Shown here piece by piece: positions 7,231 through 15,463 of a stretch of DNA of 15,463 bases. A program made the position numbers and the translations under genes. This DNA comes from Candidatus Hermodarchaeota archaeon (GTDB lineage: Archaea; Asgardarchaeota; Lokiarchaeia; Sigyniarchaeales; SOKP01). Below the pieces are notes generated by a model, which had not been told where the DNA came from, did not search any database, and saw only the letters and a program-made list of their open reading frames with translations. The stretch is from assembly GCA_048885535.1 (NCBI GenBank), contig JBHLLO010000074.1, positions 1 through 15,463 of the forward strand, read 5' to 3'. Within the stretch, counting starts at the first letter, position 1, and each line of letters begins with the position of its first letter.

Positions 7231-8352
7231 TTACTTAAAAAATGAATTAATTTTTTGGGTAATATACTCAATTTCCTTATCTGTTAAAAATGGATGCATT
7301 GGAAGGCTAATTAACTCATTTGCAAATTGTTTTGTTATTTTATTATCAAAGTGTGCAAGATGTTTGAATGGCAATGTTTTTTCAATAGGAATAGGATAAT
7401 GTATAATAGTAGGAATCTTATTTTTAGTTAAGTAGGTTTGGAGTTGATCCCTTTCTTTTACTCTAATCGCATAAATATGGTAAACTTGTTTATCTATATA
7501 TGGAGCTTTTTTTGGCGTGATTAAATTAATATTATTGTTTAACAATTCATCATATTTCTTTGCGATCTCAATTCTCATATCATTCCATTTGTCTAAGTGT
7601 TTTAACTTTTCATTTACTATGAGAGCTTGAATAGTATCTAACCTATTATTCCAACCTTTAAAATTATAATGATACTTAACTGATGACCCATGATTTCTTA
7701 GGGATTTTATCTTTTTATACAATTCCTCATTATTTGTAGTAATAACTCCAGCATCTCCGGCAGCTCCTAAATTTTTACCGGGGTATAGAGAAAAAGCAGA
7801 AATCTCCCCTATGTTTCCGACTTTCTTATTTAAAACCATTGCTCCGTGAGCCTGAGACGAATCTTCTAATACTAAACAATCAAATTCTTCTGCAATTTGC
7901 AGAATTTGTTTCATGTTAGATGGATGTCCATAAAGATGTACTGGAATAATCACACAAGATTTCCATTTATTTCTATTTTTCTTTAAATATGACTCTAAAA
8001 GATCGGTATCAATCTGATAATAGTTATCGCAGTCGATTAAAATTAAATCATATATTATATCACTAAGATACGTAATAGCTAAAGCTGTTGCTATAAAAGT
8101 ATTAGCGGGAATTACTACTCCACATGGAGATTTCAAATCAAATGCTGCCAAGCATAACTTTAAAGCATCAGTTCCATTTGAAACACCAATAGCGTATTTT
8201 GTACCACAATATTGAGCAAAGTTCTTCTCAAATTCTTCAATAGCATTTCCACCAATGAAATCAGACTTTTTAAAAAGTTCATCCAATCTTGGTGCAATTT
8301 GCTCTCTTATAACATCCCATTGTTTCGATAGATTATTAAACATGATTTCCAT
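7231..8352 (-). CDS. DegT/DnrJ/EryC1/StrS family PLP-dependent sugar aminotransferase
   Basis: SNGTDAL, PANTFIAT, PVHLYG, EDSSQAHG (PLP Asp), SLYPGKNLGAAGDAG (PLP Lys), NNRLDTIQA, SLPMHP. Confidence 0.95.
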   Translation of the reverse strand: MEIMFNNLSKQWDVIREQIAPRLDELFKKSDFIGGNAIEEFEKNFAQYCGTKYAIGVSNGTDALKLCLAAFDLKSPCGVVIPANTFIATALAITYLSDIIYDLILIDCDNYYQIDTDLLESYLKKNRNKWKSCVIIPVHLYGHPSNMKQILQIAEEFDCLVLEDSSQAHGAMVLNKKVGNIGEISAFSLYPGKNLGAAGDAGVITTNNEELYKKIKSLRNHGSSVKYHYNFKGWNNRLDTIQALIVNEKLKHLDKWNDMRIEIAKKYDELLNNNINLITPKKAPYIDKQVYHIYAIRVKERDQLQTYLTKNKIPTIIHYPIPIEKTLPFKHLAHFDNKITKQFANELISLPMHPFLTDKEIEYITQKINSFFK

Positions 8353-8356
8353 AGTA

Positions 8357-9247
8357 TCATGCCTCTAATATTTTTAAAGTATCTATAGTTAACTTTTCTT
8401 GTTTGATTAAATCTTCATTACTGAATGAAAAAAATGCTTTAATTGCATTTTTCAATGGTTCATGATACTCACTACAGGGATAACTCAAGTTTCCTGAATA
8501 TATTGGAAAGCTTAAATTAGTAGAATCTTCATATTCTAAGAACCGCTTATAATCATCCCAAACTATAAAATAATTATCAAATTCAAAAATACATTCTCTA
8601 ACTTTTTTTCTGTAGTGCCAACTAGCATTTATACAAGCTAAAAAATCATTAAATTGTATTAACCCTAAACAACTGTCATCTTGCTTAGACTTTTTGTTCC
8701 TTTTATAATCATTCCATTTGATAGCTATTGGTTCTTCTGTAAAAAGATATTGAATAATTGAAATGTCATGAGAGGCTAAATCCCACCGAGCATTTACATC
8801 AAATCTCTCTGGACCAAGGTTTAATCTATTCATAAAAATACTCCTGATCTTACCTAATTTACCACTTTCATAATCTCTCTTTATGGTTTCAATATGCGAA
8901 TTAAATGTAAAAATCCAATCAGTAAATATTATTGTTTCTCTTTTTAGTGCTATATCGTATAAGAGCTCTGCTTCGGCAGATGAGGTCGTGAGCGGTTTTT
9001 CACAAAAAACATTAATTTCTTTTTCTAAAAATGACTTACAAATTTCAAAATGGGTCTCTGTTGGTGTTGTAATAAATACATATTCACAATTCATTTGTTT
9101 ATAATCATTTATAGCGGGATAATCTTGATAATTACTCTTTTCTGGGAAAGATATATCACAAACTATAATATTCCTCTTTCCTAGATTCTCTAAATTTCTT
9201 AAAATTATTTTTCCCCAATAACCCATTCCAACTATTCCAATTTCCAT
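8357..9247 (-). CDS. Gfo/Idh/MocA family NAD-dependent oxidoreductase (probable nucleotide-sugar 3-dehydrogenase)
   Basis: Rossmann motif GIVGMGYWG, TP..H, CEKP, DLASHD. It sits between the acetyltransferase and aminotransferase with 7-nt and 4-nt gaps. Confidence 0.9.
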   Translation of the reverse strand: MEIGIVGMGYWGKIILRNLENLGKRNIIVCDISFPEKSNYQDYPAINDYKQMNCEYVFITTPTETHFEICKSFLEKEINVFCEKPLTTSSAEAELLYDIALKRETIIFTDWIFTFNSHIETIKRDYESGKLGKIRSIFMNRLNLGPERFDVNARWDLASHDISIIQYLFTEEPIAIKWNDYKRNKKSKQDDSCLGLIQFNDFLACINASWHYRKKVRECIFEFDNYFIVWDDYKRFLEYEDSTNLSFPIYSGNLSYPCSEYHEPLKNAIKAFFSFSNEDLIKQEKLTIDTLKILEA

Positions 9248-9254
9248 ATCAATT

Positions 9255-9695
9255 CTACTCTTTTAATCTCCTTATAATTCTTGCGGGATTTCCTGCCACA
9301 ATACAATTTGCTGGTACATCTTTTGTTACAACTGATCCAGCTCCAATAATAGAATTATCTCCTATCTTCACGGGTAATAAAGTGACATTTGAGCCCACGC
9401 GCACATCATTTCCAAGTATTGTATTTTTTTTAATCCAATTCTCAAAATTCGGAGAATCAACGAAAATATCATTTGTAAACATAGTTCCATGACCAATAAA
9501 ACAATGTTTTCCAATTATCACACCATCACAAATAAAGCTATGACTTTGCACTCTTGTCCCAGCATCAATAATAACATTTTTTTGAATTTCAACAAATGGT
9601 CCAATAAAACAATTATCTTTAACAGTACAACCATAAAGATTAACAGGTTCAATAATCTTTACATTTTCTCCTATTTTACAATCTTTTATTGGCAA
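9255..9695 (-). CDS. Hexapeptide-repeat (left-handed beta-helix) sugar N-acetyltransferase, WbpD/WlbB/QdtC-like
   Basis: Hexapeptide repeats, NLYGC..GPFVEIQK, QSHSFIC, FTND, IGAGSVVTKDVP, GNPAR. TTG start. Confidence 0.9.
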   Translation of the reverse strand: MPIKDCKIGENVKIIEPVNLYGCTVKDNCFIGPFVEIQKNVIIDAGTRVQSHSFICDGVIIGKHCFIGHGTMFTNDIFVDSPNFENWIKKNTILGNDVRVGSNVTLLPVKIGDNSIIGAGSVVTKDVPANCIVAGNPARIIRRLKE

Positions 9696-9846
9696 TTTAA
9701 ATCCTAGGAAATGTTTATTATTATTTGTTTAATTTCTTAGATAATAAATGTAATAAATTAAAGTTTTATTTTGAAGTTTACCACAGCTAAAAATGATAAT
9801 CTGAGTTATTCTCTTTTATTTGATAATTTTATGTAAGTTATTAGAG

Positions 9847-10557
9847 TTATAAATTCCTTAATTTATACTTTAGTAATTCTATAAAATTTTTCAGAATTGA
9901 TTTAATTATATAAAATGGGTGCCTAGCAATATTCTTTTCAATGTGATTGACTGGAATTTCATAAAATTTTATCCCCATCTTTTCTATTAAATATGCTAAT
10001 TCAACTTCTATAAAAGGTCCTTTACTTGTAGTATTTGATACCAAAATTTTGCCTATGGGTGTCTTAAAAGCTTTAAGGCAATCTACATCATTGTAACCTG
10101 TACTAAAGAGGAGATTTACTAGTATTGTATGTATTTTAGAAATAATAACACGAATTAGATTACGTTCAATTATACTTCTTTTATGAAATCGTACACCAAG
10201 AATGATTGGATATGCATCAATAATCTTATAAGCGCGCCCTATAAAATCTAAACTAAAGGCTAGATCTACTGGATAGATAGTAACCATGTCAGAATTTGCT
10301 TGAAGTATTCCATATCGATAAGCTTCTCCATAAGAAGGATTAGGCAAAAAAAAAGACTTAATGTTAGCATATTCATCTGCTAATTCCTGTGCTACATTAG
10401 CAGTATTATCAGTGCTACCATTTTCAATAATTAATATTTCAAAATTCTTGCCAATAATTTTAACTAAATAATTATTAATAATTTCAATACTATTACGAAG
10501 ATTATTTTCTTCATTATAGGCAGGAACAATGACGCTTATACTCTGTGCTTTTGGCAT
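9847..10557 (-). CDS. Glycosyltransferase family 2, polyprenol/dolichol-phosphate glycosyltransferase-like
   Basis: SVIVPAYNEE, IIENGSTDNT, YGEAYRYG, G-x-R, KAF, IEVEL, EIPV. The DxD position reads PVD. Confidence 0.88.
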   Translation of the reverse strand: MPKAQSISVIVPAYNEENNLRNSIEIINNYLVKIIGKNFEILIIENGSTDNTANVAQELADEYANIKSFFLPNPSYGEAYRYGILQANSDMVTIYPVDLAFSLDFIGRAYKIIDAYPIILGVRFHKRSIIERNLIRVIISKIHTILVNLLFSTGYNDVDCLKAFKTPIGKILVSNTTSKGPFIEVELAYLIEKMGIKFYEIPVNHIEKNIARHPFYIIKSILKNFIELLKYKLRNL

Positions 10558-10572
10558 TGTATTTCTTTATAG

Positions 10573-11625
10573 TTAAGTGTTAATTTGTTCTAATTCTTTT
10601 AATTTAAAATTATAACGGAAAACTGAGTATCCTCCAAAAAACAAGAGAAAAGCGCTTCTAAATATGTGATCAATTATAAATAAGGATAATATCTCGTAGA
10701 ATCCTCCTGGGAATAAAGGATAAAAAAAGTAAGTAAATAAAGCCCCAAAGGGTTCTGATATAACCCATCCTCCGGGTGTAAAAGGAATAATTTTACTAAA
10801 AAAAGTAAGTAATATAGCTAAGATTAATACAATTATGTCTAATTGAAAACCTAATGCATAGAAGATTATCACTATAACAAAGCCATCAACAATCCATACT
10901 GGGAATCCTAAGAGAATTACGTAAATCAATTTTCTCTTATTTTCTTTTAACTTCTTTATACCTCTCTTAAAATTTATTACAAATCTTCCCAAATAGTTGG
11001 CAATCGTGGGTGAAATTTTTGTTATTATTTTTAATATTGGATCTGTCTTATATAGCAAAAGAAATATCGCTAATAGTATACCAATTATTATAATTGCTCC
11101 GAATAGTAAATAATATTGCATATTTAATCCTAAAAATTCTCTTGAGCTAACATCACCAATGTTACTTAAATATAAATAAATTAAAGCAAAACAACTGATA
11201 AAAAATAATAATATTAGATCTAGTATTCGTTCTACAGCAATACCTGCTGTTGATTCCCCTAATCCAATGCTCTCATGATCTCTTATAATAAAGATTTTAG
11301 CTACATCTCCTAATTTCCCAGGAGTCAAATCGTTTATAATAAATGAAGCACCAGTGGAAAATAAACAATTAGTATATTTGACTTTGTGGTCAAGACCTTT
11401 GAATATCAATTTCATTTTGTAGGCTCTTAATAAAAAGGCACAAGCATAAGTTAAAATGAAAAGTATTAATCCTATAATTCCTACTGTGATAATTTTTTGA
11501 ATAAGACTAGGAAAATCCACGACATAAACCATAAATATGATTAAAATGATAGTCGTAATCCCAATAAGTAGTCGCTTTCTCTTCTTTAACCAATTTAAAA
11601 TTTTATTGGTATTATCTTCATTCAT
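10573..11625 (-). CDS. Lysylphosphatidylglycerol-synthase TM domain / UPF0104 flippase-like membrane protein
   Basis: Multi-TM protein with LRAYK, NDLTPGKLGDVAK, ERILD, PFTPGG and late FR motifs typical of the family. Located 15 nt upstream of the GT2. Confidence 0.85.
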   Translation of the reverse strand: MNEDNTNKILNWLKKRKRLLIGITTIILIIFMVYVVDFPSLIQKIITVGIIGLILFILTYACAFLLRAYKMKLIFKGLDHKVKYTNCLFSTGASFIINDLTPGKLGDVAKIFIIRDHESIGLGESTAGIAVERILDLILLFFISCFALIYLYLSNIGDVSSREFLGLNMQYYLLFGAIIIIGILLAIFLLLYKTDPILKIITKISPTIANYLGRFVINFKRGIKKLKENKRKLIYVILLGFPVWIVDGFVIVIIFYALGFQLDIIVLILAILLTFFSKIIPFTPGGWVISEPFGALFTYFFYPLFPGGFYEILSLFIIDHIFRSAFLLFFGGYSVFRYNFKLKELEQINT

Positions 11626-11861
11626 GAATAGTAAATCTAAATTTTCTTTTTATCTTAAATTTTTTTAATTTTTTTGAATAAATTTCGTTATTTTATGATT
11701 CTATTATTATTAGTAAACTAATGAACATTCACAATAATCAGAATGGACAAGATAATAGATGAAGAGAATAAAGTATTAAATTTTTATCAATCTAAAAATC
11801 TAAAAAAATATTAAAATTGATTTATTTGTGATTTTATACACAAATTTTATGTTATTTATAA

Positions 11862-11866
11862 GAGGT
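11862..11866 (+). promoter_or_regulatory. Putative Shine-Dalgarno GAGGT for ftcD
   Basis: AGAGGTAATTGAT-ATG; GAGGT ends 7 nt before the ATG at 11874. Confidence 0.6.
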
Positions 11867-11873
11867 AATTGAT

Positions 11874-12791
11874 ATGGAATCTAATAAAAAGAAAATTGTT
11901 GAATCTGTACCTAATTATAGTGAAGGAAAAGATACGAATATAATTAATCAAATTGTTAATGAGATAAAAATTACACCTAATACTAGAATTGTAGATATAC
12001 AATTTGACACAGATTATAATCGAGCAGTTATAACTTTTGTGGGGAGCCCAGAGGCCGTTTTAAAAGCAAATATTGACGCTGCGAAAAAAGCCATCGAACT
12101 AATTGATATGAATAAGCATAAAGGACAACATCCCAGAATTGGGGCTGTGGATGTTGTACCATTTGTACCAGCACAAAATGTTACAATAGAAGAAGCTATT
12201 GAATTATCAGTGAAATTTGCAGAAACTATGGCAAGAGAGGGTGTTCCAATTTATCTATATGAGGCATCTGCTCTTAAAATGGAAAGAAAGAATATAGATA
12301 ATATAAGAATTGGAGAATATGAAGGATTGAAAGAAGCTATTAAAAAAGATCCTGAACGTAAACCTGATTTTGGACCTTCAGAACTTCATCCTACAGCGGG
12401 AGCAATAATAACTGGTGCTAGACTACCTTTAATTAGTTTTAATATCAATCTTGGAACTAAAGATGTAAATATTGCTAAAAAAGTAGCAAAAGCTATCCAT
12501 TTGCGTTCTGGTGGATTAGTTAATATAAAAGCAATGGGCACAATTTTAGAAGGGAAAGATTATGTACAAGTTGGGATTAGTAATATAAATTATAGAAAAA
12601 CACCACTCTATAGGCAACTAGAGCTTGTAAGAATTGAAGCTGCGCGATATGGAGTTAATGTTGTAGGATCTGAATTAGTTGGAGTATTACCTCTAGGAGC
12701 TGTGCTTAATACTCTAGAATATTATTTAAAATTAAAGAGTCCTTCTAAACTTGAAGAAAAGCATTTGTTAGAATATTACTTTAATTTTTGA
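11874..12791 (+). CDS. ftcD: Glutamate formimidoyltransferase (stand-alone formiminotransferase, no cyclodeaminase domain)
   Basis: VESVPNYSEGK, D.DYNRAVIT, IDMNKHKGQHPRIGAVDVVPFVP, IRIGEYEGL, PDFGP, HPTAGA, GAR..LISFNINL, SELVG. It is 305 aa and ends before any cyclodeaminase domain. Confidence 0.95.
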   Translation: MESNKKKIVESVPNYSEGKDTNIINQIVNEIKITPNTRIVDIQFDTDYNRAVITFVGSPEAVLKANIDAAKKAIELIDMNKHKGQHPRIGAVDVVPFVPAQNVTIEEAIELSVKFAETMAREGVPIYLYEASALKMERKNIDNIRIGEYEGLKEAIKKDPERKPDFGPSELHPTAGAIITGARLPLISFNINLGTKDVNIAKKVAKAIHLRSGGLVNIKAMGTILEGKDYVQVGISNINYRKTPLYRQLELVRIEAARYGVNVVGSELVGVLPLGAVLNTLEYYLKLKSPSKLEEKHLLEYYFNF

Positions 12792-12796
12792 TCAAA

Positions 12797-14143
12797 TTAC
12801 TGAAAATTATTCTTAAATACAATTTTTCCATTTTTAATAACTTGGTCGATTAAATTTACACCAAATTGGTAAGGTAAAAAGTTAAAGTTGGGTATATCAA
12901 AAATTAAAATATCTCCCTTTTTTCTAAATTCAATGCTTCCTATTTCATCTTGTCTTTGAATTGCGCAGGCTGCATTAAGAGTAGCAGCAGTTAAGGCTTC
13001 AGAAGGAGTCATTTTCATATTATAACATGCTAAAGCGATTATCATTTGCATTGATTCAGTCCAACAATTCGGGTTTAGATCTGTTGCTAGAGAAACTGGA
13101 ATTCCAAGATCAATAATCTTTCTAGCGGGAGCATATTCTTTGAGCATTAATGAAAATGGAGTTCCTGGTAATAGAGTAGCAACTACACCTGCTTTAGCTA
13201 TCGCTTTTAATCCCTCATCATTCGATTTTAGAAGATGCCCAACTTGAGTAGCATTTAATTCAGCTGCCAATAATGCCCCATTTGTGTCAATAATTTCATC
13301 AATATGAATTTGGGGTTTTAAACCAAAATGCTTCGCAGCTGTTAATATTTTTTTAGTCTCTTCAATTGTAAAAATCCCTTCTTCACAAAATACATCACAA
13401 AATTCAGCTAAATCTTCAGAAACGATTTTTGGGATCATTTCTGATATTATTAAATCCAGATATCCCCGCTTATTATCCTTATATTCCGGTGGAACCATGT
13501 GTGCACCTAAAAAAGTTGAAACTATATCAATTGAATGTTCATTATTTAAAATTTTAGCTGCTCTTAGTGATTTAATTTCATTTTCTACATCAAGACCATA
13601 TCCTGATTTAGTTTCAATTGTTGTGGTTCCAAACTTTATCATACGGTCAAGAATTTTTTTCCCATTCTCTACTAGTTTTTCTAAACTTGCTTTTCTTGTT
13701 GCTTTTACTGTTTTTAAAATTCCACCACCTGCGTTTAAAATTTCAAGATAACTCATCCCATTTAATTTCATTTCCAACTCATTTTCCCTTGAGCCATCAA
13801 ATATGATATGAGTATGAGGATCAACAAATCCAGGAGTTACAAGCTTGTTTCTCGCATCGATAACAACTGTATCTTTGGTTATATCGTAAAATGAATACAA
13901 TTCGTCTGTTGTACCAACGAAATCGATGATACCATTTTTAAGCGCGACAGCTCCATCCTCGATAACTGCAAGATTCTTCATATGATCTCCAATTCTTGGG
14001 ACTCCATATTTTGAATCTAAAGTGACCAATTGATTTGCATGAATTATTATTAGAGTAGGAGATTGAACATCTGAAATAGCAGAACTTATCGATTCTTGCT
14101 TCTTTTTAGCTTTTTTTAGAGAAACTGTAGATGTTACATACAT
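12797..14143 (-). CDS. hutI: Imidazolonepropionase
   Basis: PGFVDPHTH, GGGIL.TV.ATR, GTTTIETKSGYGL, FLGAH, DVFCE, HIDE, ATDLNP. Adjacent to hutH. Confidence 0.96.
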   Translation of the reverse strand: MYVTSTVSLKKAKKKQESISSAISDVQSPTLIIIHANQLVTLDSKYGVPRIGDHMKNLAVIEDGAVALKNGIIDFVGTTDELYSFYDITKDTVVIDARNKLVTPGFVDPHTHIIFDGSRENELEMKLNGMSYLEILNAGGGILKTVKATRKASLEKLVENGKKILDRMIKFGTTTIETKSGYGLDVENEIKSLRAAKILNNEHSIDIVSTFLGAHMVPPEYKDNKRGYLDLIISEMIPKIVSEDLAEFCDVFCEEGIFTIEETKKILTAAKHFGLKPQIHIDEIIDTNGALLAAELNATQVGHLLKSNDEGLKAIAKAGVVATLLPGTPFSLMLKEYAPARKIIDLGIPVSLATDLNPNCWTESMQMIIALACYNMKMTPSEALTAATLNAACAIQRQDEIGSIEFRKKGDILIFDIPNFNFLPYQFGVNLIDQVIKNGKIVFKNNFQ

Positions 14144-14167
14144 ATTGTAAAAAATGATTTACTTTTC

Positions 14168-15463
14168 TTATTTTTGATTAATTATTTCAACTAATTTTTT
14201 ACTTTTCAAAATTTCCAAACTTTTTTCTATGTAATCTGAAAGAATAACATCATTATCAATATGTGGAATCACTTGTCTTATGTAATTATGGCAAGATTCT
14301 AAATGTTTGCTTGATTTCAATGGTTTTCTAAAATCAAATGCTTGTGCGGCACAAAAAAGTTCAATTGCTAAAATTTTTTCAAGATTTTCTATAATTTTTA
14401 ATGTTTTTCTTGCACTAATTGAGCCCATACTTACATGATCTTCTTGACCCATTGAAGTAGGAATACTATCTGCACTTGCAGGATAACATAAGGATTTATT
14501 CTCGCTTACAAGAGCAGCAGAGCAGTACTGAGCAATCATAAATCCTGAATTTAAACCAGATTCTTTTATTAAATAGGCAGGGAGCCCCCATTTTCCTTCT
14601 AAAAGCAAATATATTCTTCGATCAGAAATATTTCCAAGTTCAGAAGCAGCCAGACCAACATAATCCAAAGGTAAGGCAAGTGGTTGACCATGGAAATTTC
14701 CTCCACTAATAGTATCATTTTCACTAAAAATTAAAGGATTATCTGTTACTGAATTTAACTCACATGTTAATTTTTCAATTAAGTGAGCTAATGCATCTCT
14801 AGAGGCCCCATGAACCTGAGGTATGCATCGAATAGAATAAGGATCTTGTACTCTTCCACAATCTTTATGTGACTCAACAAGTTGGGAATCTTTCAGAAAT
14901 CTTCTCAAGTTTCTAGCAACAATTTGTGCTCCTTGATGTGGTCGAAGATTTATTAATCTTTCATCAAATGGTTGGGGGGAACCCAAATAGGCTTCTAGGC
15001 TAAGAGCTCCAATTATATCTGCATGTTCAAGACAATTGAGGAATTTTTCAATTATTTTTACAGCAAAAGCAGATATGAACTGAGTACCGTTAATTAAAGC
15101 TACACCTTCTTTAGCATTGAGTTCTATTGGTTCTAACCCATTTTCATCAAGAATTTCTTTAGAGTGGAGATATTTACTTCCATCTTTAGATAAATAACCT
15201 AAACCTATTAAAGGCAAAAATAAGTGAGCCAGTGGAGCAAGATCTCCCGATGCACCCACTGAACCTTGTTCAGGAACTAATGGGATATAATTATTTTCAA
15301 TATGCCAAATTATACGCTTAATTAGTTCTAAAGAACAGCCAGAATATCCTTTAGATAAAGTATGGACCTTAATAATTAACATTAATTTAGCAATTTCTTG
15401 ATCAACAGGATTCCCTAAACCAGCGCTATGACTTTTAAGCAAATTTTCTTGTAATTTTCTAGT
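14168..15463 (-). CDS. hutH: Histidine ammonia-lyase (N-terminus lies beyond the window)
   Basis: GSVGASGDLAPL with the MIO-forming ASG, KEG.ALINGT, VQDPYSIRC.PQVHGA, DNP, SGGNFHG, QEDHVSMG. The frame stays open to the window end (TRKLQENLLKSH), so the TTG at 15442 is not the true start. Confidence 0.97.
   Translation of the reverse strand, partial: TRKLQENLLKSHSAGLGNPVDQEIAKLMLIIKVHTLSKGYSGCSLELIKRIIWHIENNYIPLVPEQGSVGASGDLAPLAHLFLPLIGLGYLSKDGSKYLHSKEILDENGLEPIELNAKEGVALINGTQFISAFAVKIIEKFLNCLEHADIIGALSLEAYLGSPQPFDERLINLRPHQGAQIVARNLRRFLKDSQLVESHKDCGRVQDPYSIRCIPQVHGASRDALAHLIEKLTCELNSVTDNPLIFSENDTISGGNFHGQPLALPLDYVGLAASELGNISDRRIYLLLEGKWGLPAYLIKESGLNSGFMIAQYCSAALVSENKSLCYPASADSIPTSMGQEDHVSMGSISARKTLKIIENLEKILAIELFCAAQAFDFRKPLKSSKHLESCHNYIRQVIPHIDNDVILSDYIEKSLEILKSKKLVEIINQK

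Noticed and set aside
7196-7399. 67-aa + strand ORF
   Set aside because: Mostly antisense to the aminotransferase 3' end, with no motif support.
8883-9707. Two short + strand ORFs (8883-9104, 9489-9707)
   Set aside because: Antisense shadows of the oxidoreductase and acetyltransferase.
11721-11814. Tiny upstream ORFs before ftcD (11721-11762, 13 aa; 11743-11814, 23 aa) as His-sensing leader peptides
   Set aside because: No His-codon run, no clear SD and no attenuator hairpin; expected by chance.
13497-13806. Two short + strand ORFs (13497-13751, 13618-13806)
   Set aside because: Antisense shadows of hutI.
1-15463. CRISPR arrays, tRNA/rRNA genes, IS elements
   Set aside because: No regularly spaced repeats, no GC-rich structured intergenic segments and no transposase or integrase ORFs. 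All intergenic gaps are under 250 nt and very AT-rich.

Overview
AT-rich archaeal window, most consistent with an Asgard archaeon of the Lokiarchaeia type. This is inferred from a longin-like domain of Asgard style in the first ORF and a RadA with a Rad51/Dmc1-type Walker A. From left to right it contains: a 5'-truncated longin-domain protein with duplicated MIT/TPR-like C-terminal helices; radA with a ~110-aa N-terminal extension (Cys/His zinc-finger-like motif plus a ~65% acidic tract); a divergent PGI-family isomerase; aspartate kinase; dCMP deaminase; a six-gene minus-strand glycosylation cluster (flippase-like protein, GT2, acetyltransferase, oxidoreductase, aminotransferase, GT-C-like membrane transferase); and histidine-utilisation genes (ftcD convergent with hutI and a truncated hutH). 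I saw no RNA genes, CRISPR arrays or mobile elements. The best novelty candidates are the extended RadA, the apparently self-contained amino-sugar to lipid-carrier to GT-C glycosylation module, and the longin-MIT/TPR protein. All calls come from motif reading only; no searches were run.
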